64,000 bases of DNA. It comes from the human T2T-CHM13v2.0 reference genome, Homo sapiens. Each line of letters opens with the position of its first letter. Positions within the stretch are counted from its first letter, which is position 1. The stretch is taken from the NCBI RefSeq assembly GCF_009914755.1, contig NC_060933.1; one strand, given 5' to 3'. The translations under genes and the position numbers were made by a program. A model generated the notes under the pieces. The model was not told where the DNA came from. It did not search any database and saw nothing but the letters and a program-made list of their open reading frames with translations. Below are positions 43,900-56,725 of this stretch, one piece after another.

Positions 43900-44754
43900 T
43901 AGAGGTAATTTTCTTGGAACTTATTTAATCCCTTCTTGACCATGGATGCTCATTACAAAAAGCATTTATTCAGACGAAGTAAAATTAAAAATATGGACTA
44001 CCCTGAGCCAACAATTATGTCATCTATTGGAGAACTGAATGTATTCAATATTTGTTATGAAGTCCAGAGCTGATAAAAACTTTCAATGAAAGTTATGCTT
44101 GGGAGGAAAAAATAAACACCTTCTACTGAATATTATAGAGGAAACAAATAAAATTTACCTCAGTGGTAAATGGAAACAGCAATCACATGCTTTGGTAAGA
44201 AATGCTAATTAATTCCTATGTTCTCTGCTCTTGCTCTACAGAATAAATTACAAACAACCAATGAAAATGACCTTTTAATATGTTATTTTAATTATTTTAT
44301 TCAGTATGCATGGTCCTATGTTTTTTTAAAAAGTTCTCATTTGTGAAAAACCTTCCAAAGAATATTATTCATCTTCAGGTGATATAACTAGGTTGTGAAA
44401 GAATGCATAATCTAAGCCATCCTGCATTTAATACAAAAAGCTCACAGAACAAAGACATTTAAATTCCAATTCAGTGACAACATTAAGAACTAAACAATTC
44501 TTTCTTTTCATTGAAGCCAAACATACAGATTCAAAGGCATTTCTAATACAAGGCTTCATTGCATTAGATTTGAAAAATGATTATTTGATGTACTAGAAAT
44601 AAGAGGAGAAGAAAACCTGTCTTGTCTTTGTCCAGCTGCTGCGGAGCTTGAAGTTCATGCTTAAGGCATCTGCCAGGGAAAGCTAAACACCTGTAATAGG
44701 TCTCTGTGGCCTCTGAACTCTACAGCCAAATCTAATGCTTTTTAAAAAGTATTC

Positions 44755-45040
44755 AGCCCAAATGGGCATGATGTCTGACTTAGTTCTGGCTCTAAAATCA
44801 CATCATCCTACACATCATCCGAAGTCCAAACCCCAGATACAATACTTACTGGCTTTTAACCTTAGGCAAATTGGCTACCCTCCCTAAAGTTGATTTTGCT
44901 ATTTTAGAAAGCAGGAAGAGGGAGGAGGTCGTCAAAATAGTATACATTCCAATGAGTCATCATACAGATTTGATGCAGTGAGTTATGTAGTACCCTTAGC
45001 CCAGTGACCAGTACAGAGTAGGTATCCAATAAATAGCAGC
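44755..45040 (+). mobile_element. MIR
   Basis: GTCCAAACCCCAG...TACTTACTGGC...CCTTAGGCAAAT...CTTAGCCCAGTGACCAGTACAGAGTAGGT..CAATAAAT. Confidence 0.6.
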
Positions 45041-45718
45041 AAATTAATTTATATTTAGTCTTTCTTTCCAATATTATTTGCGTGTGTGATGGTCATGAGG
45101 AGCACAAAAGATTTACTCCCAAAGTCTATGTTCAGAAAGAGCAAGCACTTTTTGAATCTTGATTATTCTCCTCTTCAAGTAGACTATTTCTTATTCAACA
45201 AAGGGCTATGTTTTCAACTCCTTTGTACTTGCTTTGAAAAAAATACTTTAGATGTTCTAATTAATTTTTATTGATCTTTTCTAAAATCTTTCCAATTAGT
45301 TCCCTCCTTTATTGTTGATAACAGTGATTAGCCTTTCACCTAATGCACTTAACAATATTCTGTGGAGGAGACAGGATTAATCTCTTTTTTTTTATATGCA
45401 TGATCTTTACATAGATTACTTTAGGCTCTGTCTACACAGACAAAGGGTGAAGGGGGGAATAGGTGAATTTAGACAGAAAAACATTAGCTAAGAATAATAC
45501 TTTTTAATTAAAAATGATTTCTACTTTACTTAATTCAATACTATCAACAACACTCTCATTCTCCATAGGCACAGACTTTACACAAGTACAATGATTCCTG
45601 GAATTAATGCACTTCTATTACATCAGAAATCTTGAAATACCTGTTTATTAGTTGGAACATTTCAGGGTTTAGGGGCAGTTAGCCATAGAAAGCCACCTAT
45701 AAATAAGTATAATAAAAA

Positions 45719-46879
45719 TGTTAGAAGACCAACAGGTTCGTATGTCTCTTGTGCAGTAACAGACCAATACACAGAGATAGGAGGGTTTGCAGCACAGAGC
45801 TTCATAATTGCAGGGCATCAAGTGAGGAGATGGGAGGAGACCTGTAAGAGTTAAAGAAAGAGGAAAGAAACATGAAAAGCAGCTCAACAGTCAAAGACAG
45901 GTTTATTTTGGGGAATAAACCTGAGAGGGACTTCTGGCCGAGTTAGGTCAGAGGCATTCTCTCTCACAGACTAAGAGTTTTTAGGGATTCAGGTGGCATA
46001 CCTTATCACAGGCTTCGAATGTTTCTGTGTCTCTTTGTCTTGCTTATGTGGGAGGGAGAGTTTTTGTATACATCTTCCTGCAGCTGCAGGCATACCCCCT
46101 GAGTCTTCTTTTAGCTTTCCTATCTTAGTGCACCTAAAGGGAAAGTAATGTGCTTACCAGGGCCCACTGTTTTACTGGGGCCCATTGTGTGAGTGTGAAG
46201 TTTGGTGGTTACCCAAGAGACTTTCCCCCTCCCTCTGTGTCTGACCTGTCTTATCTGTGTTTTACTGTCTGCTCTTTCTTGCTGCTTGTTGTTAGAAGAG
46301 AAGTGATTTCCTTGAAATGCATGAGGTTAGAAAGGGAGCTAGAACTTAAAGAGGTGGTGTTTGTCCAAGATGATGGTGCCCCTGCTGTCAAGACCCTAAC
46401 ATCCACCTCCCCAAGGATTCTGGGCTGGGGTTTTTAAGGAGATCATGGAGGGTGAGGGGCTAGAAAACTGGAAACATTGAGTGGTCAGGGTAAGGGTAAT
46501 AAAGTTATCAGGATGGGAAAACTGCATTCTTTGGTGAGTCAGCTCCTGTGGCGTCCTTTGGAAAAGTGGATGTTAGTAGTTTCAATGGAATGTAGGACCT
46601 GAAAGAGTATCTCATGGGGAAAACTTAACATTTCATAATGTTTAAGTTGTTATCTACAAAGCAGTTAAGGGGAACTATAATCTAGGATCTACGTGAGTCT
46701 AGAACAATAGGCACCAAAACACTATGAGGAAGCAGGTCAGAAAGCAAGCTGACCTAATCATTAATGCTGAATGTGCTACATTAATCTGAATGTTCTGCAT
46801 AATTAAGCTTGGTGTATTTTCATTTCTACTATCCCCTTCTTCCCTGATTCATTTTATAAAATTTATAAGGATGGTTTCA
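45719..46879 (-). mobile_element. MER72-like ERV1 solo LTR, split by a second LTR
   Basis: Reverse complement begins TGAAACCATCCTTATAAATTTTATAAAATGAATCAGGGAAGAAGGG and ends ..CTAACA; AAAA on both flanks. Confidence 0.7.
45843..46390 (-). mobile_element. ERV1 solo LTR (LTR19-like, tentative) nested in the MER72-like LTR
   Basis: TG...CA termini; reverse complement begins TGACAGCAGGGGCACCATCATCTTGGACAAACACC; exact TSD AGACC at 45838-45842 and 46391-46395. Confidence 0.75.
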
Positions 46880-47685
46880 AAAACTTACATTTACACATAC
46901 ATTAATATACACATTTATGGTATTTGCTGTTCCTGGTACTATGTACAGTTATCAGAAGTCTTTTAAAACATATTTGAACTTCATCCAGGCAGAACATTAG
47001 ACACTATAGTTTTATAAGGGTAATTGAGTAATAATAGTAGAAAATATATTACTTCCTGAGTAATATAAACAGTATACTATTGAACATGAGGGGAAGTTCA
47101 CATTAGGAAACAGCCAGTCATGCAGCAGAATTCATGATCTAAGTCTTCTTCTCTCAAAATCATATGGCACTTGGTGAATAAAAACCAAAAGCAGATTCCA
47201 TCTGTTTTATCAAAATATAAGGTTATTTATCCTCTATCCTTAATGATTAATCCAAACAGGACAGAATTCTATATTTAACATTATTGAGCATGTTAGATTA
47301 TGCATTCTTCATTAGAAAATATAAATCATTTTATATTTCAGTCATGATAAAATGTGATGCAATCTTTTCCATTTTTTCCAGTGTCAAAGTGCTTACTCCC
47401 ATTATGAAATGTCAATGAATCAATGGAAAAGAGTAAAACTATAGTTCCCATAAATCATTACTTTGAAAAAGAGAAAAAAAATGTTAAAGACTTCTTGACA
47501 TACAGCAAAGAGTTTTCTTCAACAAATGTTAAAGAGTTAAAAATTAAAACCGTAGGCAATGCTTGGATTTATTGTTGTTTACTATCATCTAGATGTGTTA
47601 GGGGGGTATTAACTTTAGCTAGAGGTTCTAGATCTTAATTAGTAAAGTTTTATGATAGATGCAGAATTAAAATATTTAAAAAGGT

Positions 47686-48798
47686 TAGTTGATTTTAGAG
47701 TATGTGCCATGTCATTATGAGGAGAATGTATATTCTGTTGTTTTGGCATGGAGAGTTCTGTAGATACCTATGAAACAATCCTCAGCAAATTTTTAAAAAC
47801 CTAAAATTATACCAACCACACACTCGGACGGCAGCACCATAAAAATAGAATATCATACAAAGAAAATAGCTCAAAATCATACAGTCATATAAAAATTAAG
47901 CAACCTGATCCTAGAATGACTTTTGAGTAAATAATGAAAGGAAAGCAAAAAAAGCCCATTACAATGTGGGCAAAAGACATGAACAGACACTTTTCAAAAG
48001 ACACACATTCAGCCAAAAGCATATGAAAAAATTTGCAACATCACTAATCATTAGAGAAATGCAAATCAAAACCACAATGAGATACCATCTCACACCAGTA
48101 GAAATGGCTATTATTAAAAAATTTAAAAATAACAGAAGCTGGTGAGGTTACAGAGAAAAGGAAACACACACTTCTTGTGGGAGAGTAAATTAGCTCAGCC
48201 ATTGTGGAATGCAGTGTGGTGATTCCTCAAAGAACTGAAAACAGAATTACCATTCAACCCAGCAATCCCATTATTGGACATATACCCAAAGGAATATAAA
48301 TTATTCTACAATAAAGTCACATGCACATATATGTTTATTGCAGCACTATTCACAATAGCAAAAACATAGAATCAACCTAAATGTTCATCAATGGTAGACT
48401 GGATAAAGAAAATGTGGTACATATACACCACAGAGTACTATGCAGCCTTAAAAAAAAGTGAGATCATGTCCTTTGTAGACGCATGGATGCAGCTGGAGGC
48501 CATTATCCTAAGCAAACAGAAACAGAACACATGAACGGAAAACCAAATATTGCATATTCTCATTTATAAGTGAGAGCTAAATAATGAGAACACATAGACA
48601 CAAAGAGGGGAACAACAAATGCTGGGACCAAGTTGAGGGTGGAGGGTAGCAGAAGGGAGAGGATCAAAACAAATACCCATTGGGCACTGTGCTTAGTACC
48701 TGGCTGATGAAATACTCTCTACACTAAATGACCATGACACAAGTGTGCCTATATAACAAACCTGCACGTGTACCCCTGAAACTAAAAGTTAAAAAAAA
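47686..48798 (+). mobile_element. L1PA15/16-like copy with a 5' inversion (47686-47771) and a ~2.4-kb internal deletion (~47950)
   Basis: An inverted EN-region segment, then sense EN-region sequence joined directly to the ORF2 C-terminal region and a 3'UTR ending ACCTGCACGTGTACCCCTGAAACTAAAAGTTAAAAAA. Confidence 0.85.
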
Positions 48799-49189
48799 TT
48801 TTAAAGAAAAAATCAATGTCTAATTATTACAGAAGTAGTATCAATAAGCATAATATTCTATAGCCAAATTTATCTCAGGCCAGACTTTGCCTTTTGGAGG
48901 GCTCAGATTTTGACAGTACACAGAGAGAATATAAAACCATGCAGACTTATGCTAACTGATTCAGTTCCTAAATCTGATATGTAAATCAGAATTCCAAATT
49001 GTTAACGTATGATTAAAATATAAATGCAACTGTTAGTTTACCTTAGTAAATTTTCTACTTTTTTTTTTGCTTTTTTAGTTTTCTGTTTCTTTTACTTATA
49101 TTAATACTTTTTATAAAGATTCAGTCTACTCTTGCCAACACAGAATCTGATGTCTTTGTGGCACAGATAGAGATCTTTAATTTTCTGCC

Positions 49190-50345
49190 TCATCAATATC
49201 TATTAAACTGTTTCCCCATAGTTGAGCAACCATATAGTTTGGGTAGGGATATAGAAGGGGAACATAGTTATTACCTAACCTCATTTTCAGGTGAGAACAC
49301 AAATTTTCTAATCTAATCAAGATAATCCCATTTCCTCTGCCACATTGATTGATGCAGATGACCCAGCCAAGAGACAATGATCAAAATGCCTTGTTCCCAC
49401 AAAGTTCATTTATAAAAGTTAATTCATAACAGCTGAAAAGTTAAACCAAATAAGAAATGAAGGGTGGTATGCTACTAATCTTTCCAAAGGAGAATGTCTT
49501 GCTCTTCTCAGAAAACTACCAACACATTCTCTTATCTTGGAAGGTTAGAATTGTAGAAACAATTTTGATACCACATGGAGAACCACTCCTTTGGATGATG
49601 CTCATCCTGCAAATCAGACCCCAAAGGTCAAAACTGGTCTGAGATGACACTGTAGATATGCTGAATCAAACCATTCCTGAAGACAATCTGTGGAGAATTT
49701 AAAGTATGTCTACAATTTTTTTTTTTACTTCTTTAATAGATAGAGCTTAATTTTCCTCTCTTGGACTGAACCTAATGACTCACTTCTAACAAGTACAGTG
49801 TGGCAAAAGTGACAGCATCTAACTTCTAAAACTAGACCATAAAAGGCTTTGCAAATTCCTTCTCTCTCTCATCACATATCCTAGGGGAAATCAGCTGCAT
49901 TGCTATAAGGACACTCAAGCAGCCCTGAGAGGTCCACATGCCATGGAAATGAGCCTCCTGCTAAGAGCAGAGAGGAACCGAGGTCTCTGCCACCTACAAT
50001 GTGAGTGACTAATCTTGGAAGGAGACTCACCAACCCCAAGCAAGTGTTCAGATAACTACAGTGCTGGCCAACAACTTGACTGCAACCTATGGGAAATCCT
50101 GACCTAGATCCACCAAGCAAAGCCATTTTTTAATTATTGATTCACAGAAACTACAAAGTAATGAAAGTTTATTATCTTAAGCTGCTAAGTTTGGGGATAA
50201 TTTTTTACATATCACTAGATAATTAAGGCACAATCCTACCTCAGAATGTCTAACCTAAGGAGCCAATAATTCCTCTTTATTGTTCTAATTACTTGAATTG
50301 GGTCTTAAGTTATTTTTATCATTAAATACAGTCCTAAATGTTACA
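49190..50345 (+). mobile_element. Old MLT1K/L-like LTR hosting an MLT1F insertion
   Basis: CTGAATCAAACCATTCCTGAAGAC|CTACCTCAGAAT...GAGCCAATAATTCCTCTTTATTG...TTGAATTGGGT...CCTAAATGTTACA; the left boundary is approximate. Confidence 0.55.
49689..50230 (+). mobile_element. MLT1F-like MaLR solo LTR
   Basis: TGTGG...GACTCACTTCTAAC...GGACACTCAAGCAGCCC.GAGAGGTCCACATG...TTAAGCTGCTAAGTTTGGGGATAATT...CA; 5-bp TSD CAATC at 49684-49688 and 50231-50235. Confidence 0.85.
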
Positions 50346-51269
50346 AGGTCATATAGTGTTTACCCTGATCCATTAAAGGTTAATATTGTAGTTTAACTCC
50401 AAAAATATATTCTTTATATTCAAACTATTGAGCAGAAAGAAAGTGGAAAGGAAGTACTTTCTTGGTAGTAAAACTGCTGGGAAGAAATAGAAAGGAAATA
50501 TCATTTTTTATAATAATATGAGGAAATCATCAGAGAAAAGATTGTATCTAAGGCAAAGTAGATGAAGAAAATAAAGACGTCCACCATCTAAAATTCACTG
50601 TCAAAATGGATTTCTCTCTCTATAAATATGGTTTCCTGACACTAAAGCTGTTGGTTCGAAGTACAAGGCCTTGGAGTCTCAGCCTTCTGTCACAATCAGA
50701 TTCAGGCAACAATGCTACTGCCCAGATTACAATGACTAAATCTTTAGGTCTAGGCAAACCCAAGTCATGCTGTGAATGTTTGGTGGAATGTACAAGGCTC
50801 TATTATTCTGAGGTCAGGAGCACAGAAAGCTGATTTACAACTTGGAAATCATGTCAGTTGGTCAAGTATCAGAAATCTAGATCAGGAATGAAAGAAAAAA
50901 AAACAAATATGACTATCCAAATATCTGAAAATTGATATAGACCAAATAGATTGATTTTCAGTAACCTAATACCTTGAAATAGATTATGGAAACCCAGTAA
51001 CTAAGACTCATAAATGTCAATGTATAAACCACTTAAAGAGTGAAGCAGAAAATTGCCATGCAGCAAAGAAATCCAATGATTCAGACACACAAAGAAATCC
51101 AATGATTCAGGCACCCAGAGATAAAATTGGCACTAAGCTAAGCCAAGTGCACTAAGCACGTCCACCTGTGAAGATGAAAGAGGAATGATGGTAAAAAATG
51201 AAGCAATTGTTTTAGTGACAACTGCCATGAAACTATACTAAATTTTGCACATTTTTATTGACTCTTTTA

Positions 51270-51626
51270 AAAATCTAAAGAAGTTGAACTCAGAAGCAGA
51301 AAGCAGAATTGTGCTTACCAGGGATTGGGAGATAGGGATTGGGGAAATGTTGGTCAAAGGGTACAAAATTTCAGACAGACAGGAGGAATAAGTTTAAGAG
51401 ATCTATTGTACAACATAGTGACTACAGTTAATAACAATGTATTGTATTCTTGAAAACGTTCACTAAGAAAGTAGATTTTAAGTGTTCCTACCACAAAAAA
51501 TGATGCGTGTGAGGCAGTACATACATTAACTAGTTCTATTTAGCCATTCCACAATGTATACATATTTCCAAACTTCTTGTTTTACATGATAAATATATAA
51601 AATTTTTATTTATCAATTTTAAAAAA
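51270..51626 (+). mobile_element. L1MA (MA7/8-like) 3' end
   Basis: TGTTGGTCAAAGGGTACAAAATTTCAG..AGACAGGAGGAATAAGTT.AAGAGATCTATTGTACAACAT.GTGACTA..GTTAATAACAATGTATTGTA. Confidence 0.85.
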
Positions 51627-53420
51627 TTAATATAATTTTTAAATAATACATTAATTTTTTAAAACAGAAATATTCATTGTTACTATTGTTTACATGGAAA
51701 ACTATGACCTGTCTGGTGATACAGATGACGGAAAGAAGGTGAACTTTTCCATGGTTTGCAAAAAAGCAGAATTCTCACTGCATAATCTGTTTCCAGCTCA
51801 ACCATTTCACTTCACCTTAATATTGCCAGACCATATAATAAGCAGTAAGGGCACCATCACAATAGTTAGAAGCAGTGAACCTATGAATACAAATGTCAGA
51901 CTAACTAGAGATGTTTTCCTTGATATTCTCTTCCAGTGACCATATCTTCTTGGATAGCCTTGTCATCTTGTGACCTAGGGCATGTGCCCATTAGGTCTAT
52001 AATACTTCTCAGACACATGGAGATTCTTCTGATTTTCTGGTGTCAAGGCTATCACATTTATATTATCCAGCATCAGGCTAACACCAAGACTACATAGAAT
52101 CTACAGTAGAAGGTATCATTACATCATTAAATATTGGAACACTAAATGATAAAGAACGATATAAGCAAATACTGGGAAATAAAAGCAAAACACAGAAAAG
52201 ATCTAGCCATCTGCAGTTTTCTTCCCCATAAATCAGGGGCCCATAGAGTTGACTTTAATTCTGACTGATAGTCCCCTTTTAGGTTTCTCCAATAAAAGAC
52301 CCAGTATTTTAGGATACGTTTCTGCACCACATTTTATAAATACCAGACACATTTAACTGGTACATATCACCTTGGTTTAAACAGAAATATGCCAACTGGT
52401 CCATATTTTAATGGTGAACACCATTACATATATGTGTGCAATTTACATATGAAATTTATATATGTGTATATATGTATAATATATATGAAAAATTTAAAAA
52501 TAGTTCTTGCAATAAGTCCCTTTTAAGATTAAAGATTTATAAATTACAGTTTTCTTTTGGATTACAAAATGAACACACATTAGATTAGCACAACAATGTA
52601 ATAACAAGACAATGCAAGTTACAACTAATATCTCTTTTTTATAACCACATATCAATCTACTGGATTCAAATTTGAATGTAATTTCTTGGAATAAATGTAT
52701 TTGGTCAAGCCCTGCATATGACTACATTAACCCAAAGCAAAAATAATAAAAAATATTTTCTGTTCTTTGATGCATATACAAAATTTATCAGTGCTAAAGG
52801 ACAAATATATTTGAATAAATATATTCATTTTCAACAGCTAACAACTTTCTATTCCCCCTACTCTGTTTGATTTTTCATTTGTATTTTTATATCCATCATA
52901 GAGAAGATAGATTTCTTGTTGCTCTTATTTTATTAAAGGTCTGCAGTGGTTGAGGACACATTTCACATTCAGTGTGACCTATTAATAAAGGTAATTTACA
53001 TATTCTAAAATTAACATAAATTCTGCAGCTATTTATGCATGCTATCCCTTTGTACTCAAGGCAGGTAATAGGCTTTTTGTATATGTTGTGAAGAGAAATA
53101 ACTCAAGTTATTCAAATATCTCAGTTGCAAATCCATCACTGATTTTTTTTACATTCTCTTTTGCATTTGTCTTTCACCAGTATATCTCTACTAGGCACAT
53201 TGCAACAGAATGTTAACTTTTTAGTTTAATGACTTTAAACTTCAAAAGAGGATCTTCAATAATTTTAGGTAAGGCATGTAATATTTACTACTATGTTCTA
53301 TAGGAAAATTTTTGACTCTAACTTTATCCACACAACAATAAACAATCATTGTTTCTGCAGCAATTGTCAATGGGCCTTTATGGCTGTCCCAAACTTCCCT
53401 GGTTTCTCTGTAACCCTCCA

Positions 53421-53729
53421 TTTTCTTTTCTTTTCTTTCTTTCAGACGGAGTCTCTCTCTGTCACCCAGGCTGGAGTGCAATGGCAAGATCTCAGCTCAC
53501 TGCAACCTCCGCCTCCCGGGTTCAAGTGCTTCTCCTGTTCTGCCTCAGCCTCCCGAGTAGCTGGGATTACAGGCACCCACCACCACGCCAGGCTAATTTT
53601 TTTGTATTTTTAGTAGAGACGGGGTTTCACCATGTTAGCCAGGATGGTCTTGATCTCCCGACCTCGTGATCGGCCCGTCTCGGCCTCCCAAAGTGCTGGG
53701 ATTACGGGCATGAGCCACCGTGACCAGTC
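53421..53729 (-). mobile_element. AluSc-like element with a (TTTTC)n tail
   Basis: TTAGCCAGGATGGTCTTGATCTCC.GACCTCGTGAT; TSD CCCTCCATTTTCT at 53414-53426 and 53736-53748. Confidence 0.92.
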
Positions 53730-54569
53730 TTGCTCCCCTCCATTTTCTATACTCCACTCATGCCTTCTAAAGCTATCTGTTAAGTGCAATACCACTTGGA
53801 TTCCTTGCTAGGCACTCCTGAGGGTCAAAATAAAAGCCTAGAAAATTTCCACTTTTGGAGACACCACGTATATTTAAATTAAAAAAAAGAAGAAAGTCAA
53901 AACAGAGTTACAACAACGACTTACAAAACAGCTTTCTAAAATGCTTATATTTAGCAAATTAATGATTTGCCTTTGGCACACATGCCCAAATACAATAAAT
54001 TTAAATACCTTATTCCAAGATAATTGCAGGATTTACAAAAATTAATTAAGTAATTAGAACACTGAAGGCAAGTTCAGAAAAAAAGACACAGGAGTAAAGT
54101 TCTATGATGGAGATGTGAGTCTGTTAGGATTTTTCTGGGGCTCTTTATATAACTTACTAACAGATAATACTAAAAGTCTAAATTCAAGGCCTTTTCATGG
54201 ATGTGAGGTCAGAACTAAATGGTCCTCTTATCCTAGTTGTGCCAAGTTCTGAGGCCAATCTGAAATTCAACCGAGCAAAAACATGTAACTCACCCTGTGT
54301 ATATTATTTTCTTTTCTATTTCTATTGTATATAAAAATGTTTCTTTGTTTTTATTACAATCCTCTTAAATCCTGTGTCAAAAGAGGTATGGATTTTTCAC
54401 AGATAAATTTTGAAACAGCATTTAAAATTATAGAGAAAAATAGCAGTATCAAAAGTATTTTCTAGAAATTGATTTTTACTTTTTAATCATACACAGATTT
54501 TCTTAGTGACAATTAATTAATTACCTCAATCCTCTTCTTACTGAAGAGGAGATTATTGTTCCTATTAAT

Positions 54570-54710
54570 ATTACCACAGCTAATATTCACTGAATGTTTA
54601 CTATGTACCAGACACCATATTAAGCATTTCACATGCATCATCTCACTTTATTTTCACATCATCCATATAAGTAGGTTATATTATTTGCTTATTTTACAGA
54701 TATAATATCA
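54570..54710 (-). mobile_element. MIR
   Basis: AGCTAATATTCACTGAATGTTTACTATGTACCAGACAC...AAGCATTTCACATGCATCATCTCA...ATTTTACAGAT. Confidence 0.8.
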
Positions 54711-55838
54711 GTTGCATACTTAGCAAGCCTGAAACCTAAAAAGAAGGTTAATAATTTTAGCCTCAGCCTCATGAGGAATAAGAATTGCATATATTAGAAT
54801 AACTACTACTGTGTAGAGTGAACTTGACTCCTTCAATCTCCATTAAAACATAAACAGTAAACTACCTAAATGTTTAAAAAGCATGAATATTGAATATGAA
54901 AAGAATCTATCCATAGAAAGCAAATATAATAAACGAAAAGTTGCATAAACAAAAAAGTCACTTGAAAAATAGTTTGGTTTTGACTATTATAGCCCGTTGT
55001 TTCACCCACCCTTTTTCAAATTGTGCTCTATCAGTGTCGACAAATCTTCCTGAGTTACACAAAAAGAGAACCATAATTGTAGCTATCCAGGTTGTTTCAT
55101 TTTTTCTTGCCAAGGGTTGAGGGAAGAGATTGTGATGGCTGAGTATAAGGAGAAATCTTTCAGCTATGTCAAGTCATGAATAAAAACTAACAGAGCAAGA
55201 CCTCTTAAGATGTTGCACAAATGATACATTACATTTGCAAAGTATGTGATTGAACAAAAACTGCAGAGGATGCTTTCTTTAAAAAAAAATAATAAAAAAA
55301 AAGTTATTTTGTGTTGACTTCTAAAAGTCAGGTGGAGCTGGCAGGTTGTAGATGGCACAAGCATATGTTATCTCTTTAAATGAGCAAAATATCCACAGAA
55401 GAAGAAACTTTGAGTCAAGTGCTGGGATTTAGGATTAGGGGGAAAACTGATTATGATGCATCACTGGCAAGAGAACTCAAGAAAAAAGAAGTCTTTGACT
55501 ATCATCTTGCAGCACTAAGGCAAAGCCGTGCCAAGTTCCCATTAGATGTTAGAACTTTGATACATAAATCTAGACTCAGAGTAATAAAAATCAATTGCTG
55601 TAATGGTGCAGAGGCAATATTTTCCATGAGTGTCCATTTTTAACACACAGATACTTTCAGAAATTGCTGCTTTTGTGAATAGGTGACAGTGGTCTAAATA
55701 TTCCTAATTGGAAACATTGCTTAATCTCTCCCGAGCCTTTGCCCACCTAAATATTGGGCTCCTCATCAGCATTACAGCATTTAGTTCATATTAGTAAGTA
55801 TTCTTATGTAATTTTACATAAGGCTTCTTAACTATTAC

Positions 55839-56547
55839 TGTTAGCAGTAGTGAATCCATATGGGTCTGCAGCAGCTTGATTCTTGCCTCCTTAGAGGAAA
55901 CAATTTGTCAGGGTCATAAGGCAGAGTGAGAGACCAAAGCAAATTTTAGAACAGGAGTGAAAGTTTACTAAAAAAGTTTTAGACCAAGAATGAGAGGTAG
56001 TATAGTACATTTGAAAGAGGGCCATGCGGGCAACTTGAGAAATCCAAGTGCACAGTCCAACCCTTGACTTGTGGTTTTAGACCCTGACATGGTTCCAGGG
56101 TTTGTGTTCCTTCTCTCCTGGTATTTCCTGGAGGTAGGCTATCTGCACACGCAGTAGCCTGCCAGCACTTGGGAGGAGCCGCATGTACAGTGTGTTTACC
56201 AACGTTGTGCACATGCTCACTTGAGGTGTTTTTCTCTTACCAGTTGAGCCTTCCTAGAGGAAGGTTACACACACCAGTTAAACTCTGCCATTTTGCCTCT
56301 CAGTGCATATGCTTGAGCTCACTCACCCAACTCCTGAGATGTTATCAGGAAGCTGCTAATCACCAGCTTCAGGTGTTTTCTATATATAGGGAGCTGCCTT
56401 TCCTGGCACCAGCTGCAACCAATTATTATTTTAGAGAGACAGTTTAACAACTGCCAGACCATCACCTGATGATTGCCTGACATTCCTGGTTGGGGGAAGG
56501 GGGGGCTCTCCTGCCCTACTCATATTGCCTAACTACCTACTCTGACA
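55839..56547 (-). mobile_element. MER50 ERV1 solo LTR
   Basis: Reverse complement begins TGTCAGAGTAGGTAGTTAGGCA...CCAGGAATGTCAGGCAATCATCAGGTGATGG...AAACTGTCTCTCTAAAATAATAATTGG; 4-bp TSD TTAC at 55835-55838 and 56548-56551. Confidence 0.85.
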
Positions 56548-56609
56548 TTACTAATACTACCATGGGGATAAAGTAAATTAATTATTTTTGGATCCTAGAT
56601 GAATTGACC

Positions 56610-56725
56610 TCTCACTGGAATCAAAAAACCTACTCCTAAGTCTGACTCGGAGCAACTTGGTTATGTGATCATGAGCTAGCCTCTTCACCTTCCTGAGGTT
56701 CATTTCCCTCATTTGTAAATGAGGT
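56610..56725 (+). mobile_element. MIR core fragment
   Basis: TGTGATCATGAGC...TTCACCTTCCTGAGG.TCATTTCCCTCATTTGTAAATGAGG. Confidence 0.6.

Noticed and set aside
55380-55643. Protein-looking 87-aa ORF (MSKISTEEE...)
   Set aside because: No recognisable domain, splice structure or promoter; the length is within chance for this window.
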